From NCBI GenBank assembly GCA_951406725.2, contig OX597820.1, positions 5,022,001 through 5,086,000 on the forward strand: a stretch of 64,000 nt of DNA. Direction: 5' to 3'. This document shows positions 27,281-41,442 of the stretch, in pieces; the first letter of the stretch is position 1; every line of letters begins with the position of its first letter. Under the pieces are notes generated by a model. The model was not told where the DNA came from, did no database searches, and saw only the letters and a program-made list of their open reading frames with translations. Origin of the DNA: Octopus vulgaris. Lineage: Eukaryota. A program made the translations under genes and the position numbers.

Positions 27281-27290
27281 TATATCTATA
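26630..27290. repeat. (ACC/AAC/ACT)n compound trinucleotide tract
   Basis: Read directly; source of poly-T/V pseudo-ORFs. Confidence 0.95.
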
Positions 27291-27987
27291 AATACATAGA
27301 GAGAGTATTAATTATTAAGTACTCAATGATGTCAGCAATGTGTGAATAAATACGAAGATTAAATTATAGAAATATGGCGTCGGTGTTATAGGAGACAGAG
27401 TTGAATTAAAAGTGGAAACATATACAAAAGCAACAACAATATACACACACTTATATGCATGTGCATACATGCATATATACATACACACACATATATATAT
27501 ATGTGTGTGTGCATATGTATGTGTGGATGAGTATAAATTGAGGAAGGGAGAGAGAGAGAGAGAGACGGAAAAACCGAGAAAGACGGGGCAATGATATTTT
27601 ATATACACTCCACACACACACACACTCACACACACATGCACACATGCATACACACACATACACACATAGAGGGTGAGAGGGAAATAGAGAGAAGAAGAAA
27701 TAATGAAGGAAAAAAAAAGGAAGAAACGAAAGTTGTCTGAGGAAAGGAGGAGTCTGGTAGATTTAAATACCGATGAAACTGATTCGAAACAGAATGGAAA
27801 AAAAGGAAAAAAAGGACACGACAAAAAAAAAACAGAAAAAAAAAGAAATGAGATTATTAAATAATGAGTGTTTATGTTAATATTAAATAAAGTTCGTAAT
27901 GTTTAAATCATTAAGTGTTGTTGTAGTAGCAGTAGTAATTTTATAATAGTAATATAAGAACATAAAAACACCAATGATAATAATAAC

Positions 27988-28020
<33 letters not shown>

Positions 28021-28222
28021 ACAACTAATAATAATAATGTTGTAATATTAATTTAAAAACTAGTATTACGTCATTTTCTTAGTGAAAGGTCAGCGAATCA
28101 TGAAAGATTATGTAAAAGTTATATCGTTTTTTTTCTGTGATATAATTACATATTGACTTCATAATAACAGCAACATCATCGTCATCGGCAGCAGCAGCAA
28201 CAACAACAACAACAACAATAAC

Positions 28223-28260
<38 letters not shown>

Positions 28261-28431
28261 TGATGATGATGATAATAATGATAATGATAATAATAATAAT
28301 GATAATGATAATAATAATAATGATAATAATGATAATGATAATAATAATAATAATGATATTGATAATGATAATAATAATGATAATAATGATAATAATAATG
28401 ATAATAATGATAATGATAATAATAATAATAA

Positions 28432-28646
28432 TCGTTATTTCTAGGCACAAAGCCCTGAAAATTTTGGAGAAGGGGACTAGTCGATTACATCGACCCCAGT
28501 GTTCAACTGGTACTTAATTTATCAACCCTGAAAGGCAAAAAGGCAAAGTCGATCTCTGCAGAATTTGAACTCAGACCGTAAAGACGGGCGAAATACCGCT
28601 AAGCATTTTTCTCGGCGTGCTCACGATTCTGCCAGCTCGCCGCCTT
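28432..28646 (-). mobile_element. SINE family B
   Basis: Reverse complement of the 37014-37245 type. Confidence 0.8.
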
Positions 28647-28683
28647 AATAACAATAATGATAAGAACAATAATAATAATAATA

Positions 28684-29472
28684 GGCCGGCGTTATCAAAA
28701 CTGATAATTGTGTGACGAAAGAAAAGTTTCATCAAGAATCGAACACACACACAAAAAAAAAGAAAAAAGCATGGAAGGAAGAAAATGTACGGTCAGTTTG
28801 CAAGAGATGTGAACGCGAAGACAGATACAGACGACTGGTGGCTATGGTTGAAGAGGAGTGACCTGAAGATAGAGACAGAAGCACTCATATTTCGCAGCTC
28901 AAGAGCAAGCATTAAGGACCAACTATAGGAAGTGCAGAATAGACAACACTACCGATAGCGACAAATGCAGAATGTATGGTGAGAGGGGTGAAACGGTGTG
29001 GCACATCTTTAGTGAATGCCTGAAATTATTACAATGGGAATATAAAAGACACCATGACAATGTGGCAATTAGGAGCTCTGTGGAAATCACGGCCTACGAA
29101 GAGCAAAGACGTGCTATGAGCAAAACCCAGAAGGAATCACCGAAAATGAGAATTGCAAAATCCTGTGGGATACAATGATCCAGTGCAATCATTTGACCTG
29201 ACATCGGAGACCGGATATTGTTGTGGGGAATAAAAAAGAAAGAGCATGCATGATAATCAATATAGCATGCTCTGGTAGCAACAGGATCAAAGAGAAAGAG
29301 GAAGAAGAAAAAATGAACAACTATGATGATTTGAAGTGGGAAATACGAAGATTGTGAGAATCCTTCTCAGGGTTCATGAAGCATGACCATTAAAAAAATG
29401 TCTCCTTAATCTGCTGGCTGTGGACAATTGACACTTTCATCATACCCAGCAAAATAAGCTGTGAGTTTTCAT
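28684..29472 (+). mobile_element. Dong/R4-clade LINE 3' fragment (zinc knuckle plus restriction-like endonuclease) in a (TAA)n tract
   Basis: LKIETEALI/AAQEQALRTNY...KCRMYGERGETVWHIFSEC...YKRHHDNVA...KILWD...RRPDIVV; ends in (TAA)n. Confidence 0.85.
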
Positions 29473-29473
29473 C

Positions 29474-29546
<73 letters not shown>

Positions 29547-29547
<1 letters not shown>

Positions 29548-29970
29548 GATGGGCTACAGCAAATATTCTGCTCAATACCACAGATTTGCTTGTCAGTTGT
29601 TTGACCTTAACCAGTTGAGCATGTCCCTTAGTGGCTGACGATATGTGCATCTCTGATCACGAGCGAAGTAGTGGGGAGCATCATAGCCATGTGTTGAGAG
29701 GATTCTTTGGGGTTTGAATAATTCACCTCTGGAAACATGGGTGGTTCTTTCAACATCCTTAAACAACCCTTATTCAGAGACCTTTTGAGCAGGATGGGCT
29801 ACTCAACCTGAAGAAAATTCTAACTGGGCCCCACCTGCAAGGTCATTGCTGTTTATCTTGATATGAGATCACCATGTCGCGCACATATGGTTGTGATGCA
29901 TGTCCTGGTGTACCTTTATCAGACGGGTAGTCATGGTGGGTATATTGGGCTTCGTATATTTACCCCAGTG
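29547..29970. mobile_element. ~425-bp non-coding insert flanked by (TAA)n on both sides
   Basis: Clean TAA borders, no convincing ORF. Confidence 0.55.
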
Positions 29971-30554
29971 TAATAATAATAATAGTAATAATAATAATAA
30001 TATATTTTTTAAATCATGAATTTATTTATTTATTAATTTTTTAAATACATATTTTACCTGTGAATTTGCGTGTGTAATCTGGGAAGGCATAGAATGCAGA
30101 GAAGGAAAGAAAAAATAATAATAATAAAGGTTTCAAATTTTGGCCCAGGGCCAGCAGGTTGTGAGAAGACGATTACATCGACCCTTGCACTTGAGTAGTA
30201 CTTTATTTTATTGACGCCGAAAGGATTAAAGGCAAGGTGGACATCGGCGTTATTTGAACTTAGAACGGAAAGAGCCAGAAGAGATACCGTGCGTGTTAAA
30301 GATGGCGAAGGAATGAAAGCAAAGAGAAGTTTGGCAGGATTTGAAATCGGAACTTGAAGAGCCGAAAGAAATACGGCAAAAAATCTTTCTGATCTTCTAA
30401 CGATTCTTCCGGCCAACAATAATAATTCCTTCCTTATTAGCATTAAACACACACACACATACATATATAAATACATACATACATATACATACATACATTC
30501 ATACACATATGTGTGTGTGTGTGTGTGCGCGTGTATGTTTGCGTGTGTGTGTGC

Positions 30555-30760
30555 GTCTGGGTTTGTCCCTCACCACCGCTTGACAACCGGCGTAGTTGTG
30601 TTTACGTCCTTGTAAGCTAGCGGTTCGGTAAAAGGTGCCGGTAAAATAAGCCACAGGCTTTTATAAAAAAAAGATTGGGGTCGATTTGATCGTCTAAGTA
30701 TTCTTCAATGCGATGCCCCAGCATGGCCGCAGTCTAATGACTGAAACAAGCAAAAAATAA
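30555..30760 (+). mobile_element. SINE family A 3' half, diverged
   Basis: caccgcttgacaacc...cagcatggccgcagtctaatgactgaaacaag. Confidence 0.8.
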
Positions 30761-30979
30761 ATGCCATAGAAGTTACAAAACTTGTTGGCGAGGAGAAAAA
30801 TATTTGAAAGATCTTTTAAGAGTTTTCTGCAAAGTAGAAGATTCTTAAATGAAAGATAAAAACACTGCAACGATTTGTTCGAAAATATAATTAAAACCCC
30901 TCCCTACAAAATAAAGATGAAATTATCTAAAATACACAAAAGCCAAAACGAAAAATATGAAAATAAAAGCACAAAAAAT

Positions 30980-31280
30980 GACGAGTGTTCCAGTTGATCA
31001 ACGGAAGAGCCTGCTCGTGAAATTAACGTGCGAGTGGCTGAGTACTCCGCAAACACGCATACCCATAACGTAGTTCTGAAGGAGATTCAGCGTGACACAG
31101 AATGTGACAAGGATTCCTCCCTTGAATTACAGGTACAAATCATTTTTGCCAGATGAGTGGACTGGAGCAACGTGAAATTGAAATAAAGTGTCTTGCTCAA
31201 GAGCACAACGCGTCGCCAGAAATCGATCTCACAACCTTGCGATCGTGAGCCAAACACCTTACCCTCTAAGCCACGCACCT
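30980..31280 (-). mobile_element. SINE family D head/CORE-like block with an alternative tail
   Basis: Reverse complement gttgtgctcttgagcaagacactttatttc...acgttgctccagtccactca. Confidence 0.75.
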
Positions 31281-31662
31281 TTGCCAATCATGAAAACAAC
31301 GTACAGGGTAACCACTCCGGTACATGCAAAGAAATCGCTGCCTGCTTGTGATGGGGCTCTCACCTTCACACGATACAACTATTCTGCAACAGAATGGCTA
31401 TTCTTGAAGGCACCAGGAATTATCTTTGGTGCAGGACTGAGCTACAAATCTCTCATAAACTGTAAGAAATTTTATAGTTGTAGTTTTTAGACAAGCTTTT
31501 ACCTTGTACCTATCATTTGAATACTTCACAAACTCGGAGTCCTTTTCCCCCTCAGCCAACGTATTGTTACTCTCTTCGTAGTCAAGATACTGAGGATGAG
31601 GAAATATTTTTGCCTTTTTTCCTTTTAGCTTTTTAAGTTCTTTTCGGCAGAAAGACCTTAAA

Positions 31663-32146
31663 TGATGGTCAGCCTGTGATGATATGCATAAGATCTGGTC
31701 ATCAAATCTAAGTAGAGATTTCAAACTTAAAATCTTCAAAGCCATAGTCGAACCAATTCTACTATATGGCTCAGAAACCTGGACGTTATCAAAGAAGCTT
31801 GAGAGGCGGTTGGATGGAACTTACACTCGCCACCTTATGAGAGCTCAAAATCTCTCCTGGAAGCGTCATCCAACTAAAGTACAAATATATGGGAAGTTAC
31901 CACCTGTATCATCTCTTATGAAAGGTAGAAGAGTCCAGTTTGCTGGACATTGTTGTAGAGCTGAAAACGAGGTATTTCTACTCTGCTCGCGATACCAGAG
32001 GGCGCACACTCTCCTACCCTGATGTAATCTCCAAGGATACAGGCATCCAGCAACAGGACCTCCGTAATGCTATGATGGACCGTGAAGTCTGGTGTAACAT
32101 AGTAAATTCCATTGTCTCGACCACGGTCGAACAATGAAATGAAATT
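31663..32146 (+). mobile_element. RTE-like LINE 3' end with (TGAAA)n tail
   Basis: KIFKAIVEPILLYGSETWTL...RRVQFAGHCCR...AMMDREVW; tail tgaaatgaaat. Confidence 0.85.
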
Positions 32147-33624
32147 GTGACATGTGTTGCGGGTCAGACTTTCTATCTTGAATGATCAGTCGCAACGACT
32201 TTCTCTCAGAAGCCACAACAGGACACCACTCCGCGACCCTTTTGTTGTTCTGTGAAGTCATGAATTCTTGTATGCCATAGATACTCTACTCTGCCACATA
32301 TCTCCAACGGCCACAGCAGCGCTTACCACCGGTCAATTTTCAATTTTCACATTGTTACAGATTCCTTTACTGATGACCCTTGTGTTTTTTCATCCTAAAT
32401 ACTCTTACATTAGCATGTGGGTAGATTCGTGATGCCCCAACCAATTTTCTCTTGTCACCGCATAATGAATTAGAAAGCAATTCATATTGTACCATGTGCT
32501 CTCATTCAATCGGTTTGGGAGATCTTATTCTCCCTAACTACTAGGGTTCCCTGCTGTTACTCTTTCGGAGACATGATAAAAACCCACGTCTCTCTCAAGG
32601 CACAAGCAGACGTTATTCTCCTTCTTTTCATAAGTCAATAAAGTACTGAGATACTGATGCACTTTACATTGTCACGCAACCCTGCCAGGCAGACTTTTCC
32701 TCGGTCTAATATTTCATATCAAGGACCTGCATGTTTGAAGTAACTTCAACGAAAAAGGAAGATTGGAAACGCATTCTCTAGTTTTCAATGCAAACCATCC
32801 ACTCATTCTACCGCCATTTTCGTTATTTTCTTATTTTAACAAATGTGTGTGCGTTCTGTTGTTACTTTTGTTTATGTATATAAATTTTCGTTTCCGGATG
32901 TGAAATTGTAAAATCGTGACTGTCTGTTCTCGAAAATCTATCTTTTTGCTTTCCTTGTTTATATGTTTTGGACTCTGTTTATCTTTTATTTAAAATTTGT
33001 TTACATGAATTTGAAAATAAAACGACTGTTTTGTTTCAAAAGAGATGCATTCGCTACTTCAGTTTCGGTTGCTTTTAGCTCTTACAACTCCTCTGCGAGA
33101 AGCCATATTGAATGCTATCGTAACCACAAGAAAAGAACCGAAGTAGCGTTTTCTTCTGTTGATATTTTCTGCCCCAAGTAATAGAGGCAGACGTATCAAC
33201 GTGGGGCAATAATCGGTTTGTAAAATAGCTCAAACAGGGATAATCTTTATCCAGTCAAACTTGTTGATAATCCAGTTTCAATGGGAGCTGGGTCAAATAT
33301 TGTTGTCCGAGAAAGAAAGTAGCTCAGATGGCACTAAATCTCTCAAATATATGAAGAAATTATCCAAAAAAAAAATAAACATCTTGAAATAGAAGTAACC
33401 TGAATGTCAGGACAAAAAGCAAAAATGGTTATTATAATAGAAACATAGATACTTTGGGAATGATTGAAAAATAAAGAACAAAACAAAAAAGAAAAAGGAA
33501 GTAATTTCTAGGATTTAAAGAACTGAAGTTGGAGATCATTGCCAAGTTTTGCCGATAATTCTTTGTCACGTGATACCTTTAGCTTGTTGGGCTATGTAAT
33601 AAGTTTTGTAAGAAAACAACAGGG

Positions 33625-34000
33625 TCACTCATCCTGCTAGAAGTAGCAGTCACCTTACTCTCAAACGGCATCTGACCATAACAAAAGGACAAAAACATTA
33701 GTTATGTGAAAAAAAGTCACAACTAGAACGAGTCTTTGATCATAACTCAACCGAGCAGTGCTGACCAGGGGCTAAATATATATCGTATATTTTATACCAA
33801 TCCAAACCAGGTAGACTCTATGTGGTTGTCATGTCTGCTGGAAATAGCAGCCATACATGCAACAACACACTGTGCAGCTTTTGCAAAATGATGTCATTAG
33901 ATAATGCTGACTAAGGTTGACAACGTCGGGGTGGTCATGGCTGGAACAGCTTTGATGATAGGTTTGTTTGGACCAGAGCCTCTTGTGGATTGAACCTCAC
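33625..34000 (-). repeat. Old degenerate interspersed repeat (also ~1220-1650, ~56400-56560, 58345-58880)
   Basis: Shared blocks tttagcccc(a/t)ggtcag...tgatcaaag...ttccagccatgacca...ggctgctatttc(c/t)agcag. Confidence 0.55.
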
Positions 34001-34816
34001 TCCCGCCAGCGACACCAGCAGCCGTCGCAACATGTGTTTTATATGAAAGGAAACGAAGGAAACTAAAGACATGCGTCCTAACATTAGGAAAATGTCGGAA
34101 TGTTATCGAAACACCTTGAAATGGTTAAGATTTCGACATTCTCGTAGATTTGGACAATTTACCCAGAAACCCACGTTGTTGTATTTAAGAACTCTCTGGT
34201 CTCGGATGTTTTTGCAGCGACTCCTGCCTTTGCTGCTGCTCCAGCTGCCACTCCTACTGCTGCTGCTGCTGCTGCTGCTGATATTATTGTTGCTGTTACT
34301 GTTGCTCTCGACATAGACTCTCGACAGTATTCCAGGTGTTTCTGGAGAAAAACAGGCGGATGGCACCAACGAAGAACGCCTACAAGGCCTGAAGAACAAG
34401 AATCCTACATATGGAAGACATTAATAAGAATTCCTTTCTTTCGTTAGTCACGAGGAAGTGTATTAATTAGTTGCTAATTAGTAAGCTTCTAATGATCTTT
34501 CTGTCTCCAACATATGAGTGAATGGGTATAAAATACATTAGTACATATGAACCTTGAAAGGAGCTCCACGGTGGCTGCTCAATCGGTTTGCTAGAAATAG
34601 CAGCCAAACGACCTACATTTATTTTTAGAAACAGAAGCTGTTATTTGTAAATGTGGTATTAGACACATGAAGTGAGGTGGGGGGAGAAAAGAGGGGATGG
34701 CTGTGTGGATGCAGGTTTTAATGATAAGGTTGCTCAGTTGGGGGGTAAAGAAAGGACTAAACAACAACAACAACAATAAGGATAACGATACAAACCATAA
34801 CAACAGCAACAACAGT

Positions 34817-35150
34817 GGAGGCGCAATGGCTCAGTGGTTAGGGCAGCGGACTCGCGGTCGGAGGATCGCGGTTTCGATTCACAGACCGGGCGTTGTGTGT
34901 GTTTATTGAGCGAAAACACGAGGTTCCGGCAGGGGGGGTCGACCCCTGTTGTACTCTTTCGCCCCAACTTTCTCTCACTCTTTCCTCCTGTTTCTTCTCC
35001 CCGACTTCCTACGCAACAGCTGAGCCTGGATGCGCATTCATCCATCCGTCGATGCTCTCGGTGTCGGGGGTTGACCTGCTCTCTCTTCTGCGAGTCTTAC
35101 GAATAGCAAAGGACCACGTTTCGGACTTCTCCCACTACAGACGGGACGAA
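34817..35150 (+). mobile_element. SINE family C, near full length
   Basis: tRNA-like head GGAGGCGCAATGGCTCAGTGGTTAGGGCAGCGGACTCGCGGTCGGAGGATCGCGGTTTCGATTC. Confidence 0.85.
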
Positions 35151-35534
35151 GACCGTTTCGCTCAACAAACAAACAAACAAACAGCAGCAACAACAACACC
35201 AACAACAGACGCAAAAGACAATAACAGCAACTATAATGATAACAAAAACAACAACATCATCATCAGCAGCAGCAGCAGCAGTAGCAGTGTCTTTTGAAAT
35301 CAATTCAGTTCCTGACATTTCATGTTGTTCTTCGCCAGACGTCAGGTTGTTGTGTCACAAGATTCGAGGTTTATCGAAGGAAGCGATAATGGTTTGTAAG
35401 AAGGGTCTTCTCTCTAGTTTTTGGTTTTATTACCAGAATCATCAGAAATATCAAATGCCTTACCTTCTACAGTTTTACTGTCTCCCATTATTTTCTGAGT
35501 TCAAATTCTAGTAAAGTATTATTGTTTTTTTCCA

Positions 35535-35720
35535 GTGAAGTTGCTAAGTGGCAGAATCGTTATCACGCCGGACAAAATGCTTAGCGGCATTTTGTCCGTC
35601 TTTATGTTCTGAGTTCAAATTTCGTCGAGGTCGACTTTGATTTTCATCCGTTTGGGGTCAACAGAGTAGATACCAATCAAACACTGGAGTCGATGCAACT
35701 GTAAACCTTCCCCAAAATGC
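35535..35720 (+). mobile_element. SINE family B, diverged
   Basis: tggcagaatcgttatcacgccgg...gagttcaaatttcgtcgaggtcgactttg. Confidence 0.75.
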
Positions 35721-36219
35721 TGGTCCCGGTGTCGATGAAATAATACCAGTGATATACTGAGGTCTATTTCATCGACAATACTCCCCCGCCCATAATTTGT
35801 GGTCCAGTACCGATATTAGTAAAGTTATTATACAAATGGATCAGGGCTTCGAACACCGGATCATAATGCCGAGAGTTCCAATACCGGATCGGGCAATATG
35901 AAGTATCCTTCAGTAAGATTCTTTTTTTCACGTTGCCTCAGTCTATTCGGCTGTCAATAGGAAGCAACCATATTTTTCAATCTACACGGTAAATATATTA
36001 CCGTGAAGAAAAATAAGGAAAGATATAAATGATGTCACAGATGGGGAACTGGTGACATAGGTAGAGAAAGAATGTCACACGGATCCAAAGTGCTGTCAAA
36101 TTTTTGTTTAGGGCCAGCAGAGGTCCCTCACCGAGAAAGTCTAAGATAAAAAAAAATCTTCTAGTCATTACGAAACCGCTATTTGTTCTTCCATCATGTT
36201 TAGGACTATATTACCCACC

Positions 36220-36560
36220 GTACTTACTTACTTGTACTTGTGTCGACATTCACCCTGGGCGGGTTGAGTCGACTTCTTCCACCACCCTCGAGGCATCTCG
36301 AACCATGGCAGCCCACGCACGACGGTCCTGCGCCAGTTCACTGGAGATAGCGAGCCAGTCACGGTTCCATCGGCGCAGGTTGACCACCTGCAGACCCGTG
36401 AGCACGGAGAGGTCCACCTTGATCGTCGTAGCCCAGGTCCGTGACATCCTCTGATTAAGGCGGTAGTATGTGAGGGAAATTTGGCTGATATTTCTAGCGC
36501 GTGGGGGGTCAGTACGTAGAAGTTCTCCCGCCATGCTAACATTGAACGAGAGCTGATTTG
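36220..36560 (-). mobile_element. RTE-clade LINE 3' end with (TAAG)-type tail
   Basis: RTWATTIKVDL...RRWNRDWLAISSELAQDRRAWAAMVRDA; tail caagtacaagtaagtaagtac. Confidence 0.8.
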
Positions 36561-37013
36561 CAAAATACATCCCTGAATCTCTATAAGTGTTTGTTCTGTA
36601 TTGTTACTACATCACATATAAAACATTATTGTTGCTGTGTGTGTCCATGTTACAATATCGCTCTCTTTCTCTCTCTCCCTTTTCTCTCTCTCTCCCTCTC
36701 TTTCTCTCCCCCTTCTCCCTCTTTCTCTCCCCTTCTCTTTCTCTCTCTCTCCTTTCTCTCTTTCCTTAATATCGTTGTGTAAAACCATGTTACTTCATAA
36801 TTTTTTGCAACCACATGAAAACCACACAAATGTATGCCACTGCAATCTATTTACCACTTTAGACCTAGGTAGGCCTCGGCTTATAATCAGAGATGCTCCA
36901 ATCATGACCATCTAGTCAATTACTCAGAAATACTTAAGATTAAGAACAATGCACAATAAGATAGTAAGATCCACAGAAGTAGAATCCGAGAAGTATAAAG
37001 TTTCTGTGGTAAA

Positions 37014-37245
37014 GGCGGCGAACTGGCAGAAACGTTAGCACGCCGGGCGAAATGCTTAGCAGTACTTCATCTGCCGCTACGTTCTGAGTTCAAATTCCAC
37101 CGAGGTCGACTTTGCCTTTCATCCTTTCGGGGTCGATAAATTAAGTACCAGTTACGCACTGGGGTCGATATAATCGACTTAATCTGTTTGTCTGTCCTTG
37201 TTCATCCCCTCTGTGTTGAGCCCCTTGTGGGTAGTAAAGAAATAG
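37014..37245 (+). mobile_element. SINE family B, full-length reference copy
   Basis: A-box-like TGGCAGAAACG, B box GAGTTCAAATTCC, central GCCTTTCATCCTTTCGGGGTCGATAAATTAAGTACCAG. Confidence 0.88.
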
Positions 37246-37478
37246 ATAATCTGGGTGGTATGGTGGTACAGTGGTTCTGGAGGAGTGGCAATCGCCCAAG
37301 AAGTAGATCGGAAAGGATATGTGAGACCGAGAGAAGAGGAGGTTCTGTCAGGTAGGATCAAACTGGGCAAAGGTGTGCGTGCGCGGACAATTGCTTCCTT
37401 TTCTGGTCAATCGAATATAGAGCAACCGTTAATCCATACACGGTTTTTTCTCTCTCCATCCGTTTTCCTTCCTCACAC

Positions 37479-37515
37479 CTTTCCGTAGAAGAGCTTTAGG
37501 CCCGAAACGTTAAAG
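37479..37515 (+). ncRNA. Degenerate minimal hammerhead motif (family of 52732 and 59977)
   Basis: cttt-CCGTAGA-a-GAGC-tttag-GCCC-GAAA-CG-TT|aaag. Confidence 0.45.
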
Positions 37516-38246
37516 CAATTCTTCCATTTTTCCTGATCGTTAAACTGGTACACACTATTTTTTATTCTTTCGCCCATCTTTGTGGCTTTAAAAAAAATGT
37601 TTTTGGACCATAGTTAAGATTACTTTATCAACAATATCCGTTCTTTTTAAACGGGTATAACTTCAGGTGTTTGTACGTGCTCGACTGCTGATATGTGTGT
37701 ATGAGTAAATATGTATGTGCACGTATGTATGTATGTATGTATGTATGTATGTATGTATGTATGTATGTATGTATGTATGTATGTGTTGTGTGTGTGTGTG
37801 TGTGCGTGAATATATGGTCTATGTGAATGACTGCTGCCCTCTGCAATCCTCACAATATTAAGGTTTCCTCTGGGGTTTTCTTCTCCATCCCCCATTTCGT
37901 TCGGTAATATTTCTGTCCTTGTAATTGCATCTAGTGCCTTCTTCTTCTGCCAGAACTCAGAAAGACAGGATTTCAAGACTGTGCAACAGAAACGATAGGA
38001 GTCTGTCAGCTGCTGCAGTGATATCCGTGGGACGCTGGAATTTAGGACTAATCACACATTAATAAGATAATTAATTTTGTTCAAAACTGTATCAATTACT
38101 GAGTGTTAATGTACACACACACACACACGCACACATACTTACAAACATTTGCATAGGTGTATATGTGTATATATATGTATATATATAAACACGTGTATAT
38201 AAAAACGTGTGTATATATATCTATATAAACACATGTATGTAAAAAC

Positions 38247-38296
<50 letters not shown>

Positions 38297-39119
38297 CACA
38301 TATGATGTGTGTGTGTGTGTGTGGAAAAGAAGTTGAAGAAGAAAATATAATGAAGCTACATCTTTCGTTTTGGCTAAACCTGATGCGCGCATATTTTCAA
38401 TGACATAAGCGATCATATTTCTGTTAGTGTCACATACGTACTTGCACAACGTCAAGCACAAACACGCGCACACACACACATACACACACACACACACTGA
38501 GACACATATAACATGGCGAGAAACGCTATTATTCTTATTGAATATAGTCAGGAGGAACAAAGAACAACATATTTCCTTAGAAAGTCTTATTCTTTGCTTT
38601 TCCGAGTCCTTCATTTTCTCTTTCTATTTTTCTTTTGGGCCGAATAGGGTCATAGGGTCGTATAATGGGACTGAATTAAATAAGACGCGCAATTGTGTCA
38701 CCCTATTCAACTAATTCTACTTATCCATCCACCCCCTATGATTTCCACCCCTTTAATCAGCACCCCTGTAAACAGCCCATCTTTCTATGGATTCTATCAA
38801 TCCAGTTATCACCTCTGTATCCACCACCCGTGTCTCCTGAAACGGTAAATATGGATTTCCATGAGAGACACACCACTTGACCTTCAGGGAGAAGAATAAT
38901 GCATTAAATAAACCAAGTGCTTGGGTGGTACTTCGCTGGTACTTCGTTGTCACTATCCTTTGCTGATTCCAAAAAGTTGAACACCAAAGCTGGTCTCGGT
39001 GAAATTTTAACTCTGGACGTTAAGAGACCCAACGAATTACGGCAGCTTCTGTTAGTCCTTCCTGCTCGCCTACAAACCTAAGTTTATTCCACACTGGGCC
39101 GTCCGCTAGATTACGTATG

Positions 39120-39470
39120 TTGCCGAAGCGAAATGAAGTGTTTTGCTCAAGAATGCAACGCATCGCCCGATTCAGGAATCGAAACCACAATCTCATGATC
39201 ACGAGTCCAACATCCCGAACAACGAAGCCACGCGCTTCCGCTAAACATAAATTATCATTTCTACTTTGGGCACAAGTCCTGAAATTTTAGGGGAAGGGGG
39301 CTAGTCGATTACATCGACCCCAATACTCAACTAGTGCTTATTTTATCGACCCCGGAATGGTGAAAGGCAAAGTCGACCTCGGCGCAATTTGAACCCAGAA
39401 CGTGATGACAGACGAAATGCCACTAAGCTTTTTACCCAGAATGCTAACGACTCTGCCAGCTCGTTGCTTT
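39120..39470 (-). mobile_element. Adjacent SINE D head (39120-39240) and SINE B (39255-39470)
   Basis: Similarity to 41443 and 37014 copies. Confidence 0.75.
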
Positions 39471-40201
39471 ACTAAACCTAAATAGTGACATCGCTTTATC
39501 AAACCCTGTTGCTTACGAAGAGCTGCTTATACTATGTATAAGGTATAAAGGGTACCACGGTGTAATCAATAACAGGGATGACCCCAGAGCCCTTCAGATG
39601 TTTGCTAACAGATGCTTTTACTCTTCATATCCTCTTAGAGACAAAACACGAAACAGCTGTCGAAGAAACGAAAACTTGGGAGACATTTCTTGCTTAAACA
39701 ATAAAGTAAGATAAAACGACTTTGAGAACAATACGAGGAAGAAAGGGTGTAGTGGGAGGAGATGCCTCTCTTATAATTACATAAAGGTTCTCTCTCTCTC
39801 TCTCTCTCTTTCTTTCTCTTTCTCTTTTTCTCTCTACTTCTCTTTCTAGTTCTGGTAATTTACACCTTGAAATAAATCTGCTTGGATATGTAAACATTAA
39901 ACTAAATGAATCCAAGACAAACAATAAAATGGCGTTAAAGCAACAAATTGCAGAATGGCAAATGATATCAATATGTAAGAGATATCACATTCAGAGCAAC
40001 AATAATTGATATCGCATCACACCGCTGCTGCTGCTGCTGCTGCTGTTGCTACTGCTGCTGCTCTCTAGTCTCCGCTCTCCATTTACAAGTTTCTAGTACT
40101 TACAGATTCACTTCATAAAATTACACCTTACCGTGTCATCGTATCTTTTCAAGGCTTATCGGATGGTTTTAGGAACAAGATTTTACCCTTTCATAATCTA
40201 T

Positions 40202-40267
<66 letters not shown>

Positions 40268-40309
40268 TATAACACTTATATATTCACATATATACATACA
40301 TACTTACAT

Positions 40310-40350
<41 letters not shown>

Positions 40351-40404
40351 AATATAAATATATATATATATCAAATATATATAGTGTCACATATATATAC
40401 ATAT

Positions 40405-40469
<65 letters not shown>

Positions 40470-40531
40470 TATATATGTATAGTGTGTGTATGTATATGCA
40501 TACGCAAACGCAGTGTGCGCATGTATATATA

Positions 40532-40694
<163 letters not shown>

Positions 40695-41288
40695 CTTATG
40701 CGTGTGCATGAAATGAAATAGGTGTGACGGAGTAACGTATCGCATTTATTGCTTCGTTTGTGTCTCGATGTCGCCCGTCATATTTTAAAGTATTTCAGAT
40801 GTTAAATTTTACATCCCAAGCTTTGAAATCTGAGAATGAATATTTTATATGGTTCGTTTTAAGTAAATGTATAATACGTACATACACTTGTATATCGTGA
40901 TAATGTCCTTAATTGTCCGAAAGCCGATGACGCAGAACTCAAAGTAACAACGTTACAGGACCTCAATTTTAAATTGATATTATTATTTATTACTATGTAC
41001 ATGGCGTACATTTTCTTTTACTCAGTCTAAATCACACTCACACACACACACACACACATACATACACACACACACATTGAGACACCGACATACTCACAGA
41101 AACCCACACATATATCTAATTCTAGGAATAGGTATGGGCTTGTGCTGAGAAGCTTGCTTCCTAACCACATGGTTCCATGTTCAGTCCCACTGCACGGCAC
41201 CTTGGGCACGTGTCTTCTATTATAACCTCAGGTCAGCCAAAGTGGTGCGAGTGGATTTAGTTGACGGAAACTGAATGAATCCTGCCGA

Positions 41289-41348
<60 letters not shown>

Positions 41349-41367
41349 CATATATATATATACACAC

Positions 41368-41404
<37 letters not shown>

Positions 41405-41442
41405 TATGTGTGTGTGTGTGTGTGTGTGTGTACATATATATG

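Noticed and set aside
34071-34410. Possible exon with Ser/Ala/Gln-rich frames
   Set aside because: The open frame is largely due to a (CTG)n tract; frame and splice sites cannot be fixed
34817-34895. tRNA gene calls for tRNA-like heads (also 41443, 2479, 12660)
   Set aside because: Imperfect cloverleaf, no Pol III terminator, and continuation into multi-copy SINE bodies
39648-39665. GAAACAGCTGT half-cores here and at ~53197; weak motifs at ~5290-5325 (minus) and ~19454-19500
   Set aside because: Core half missing or heavily mutated; not counted as ribozymes
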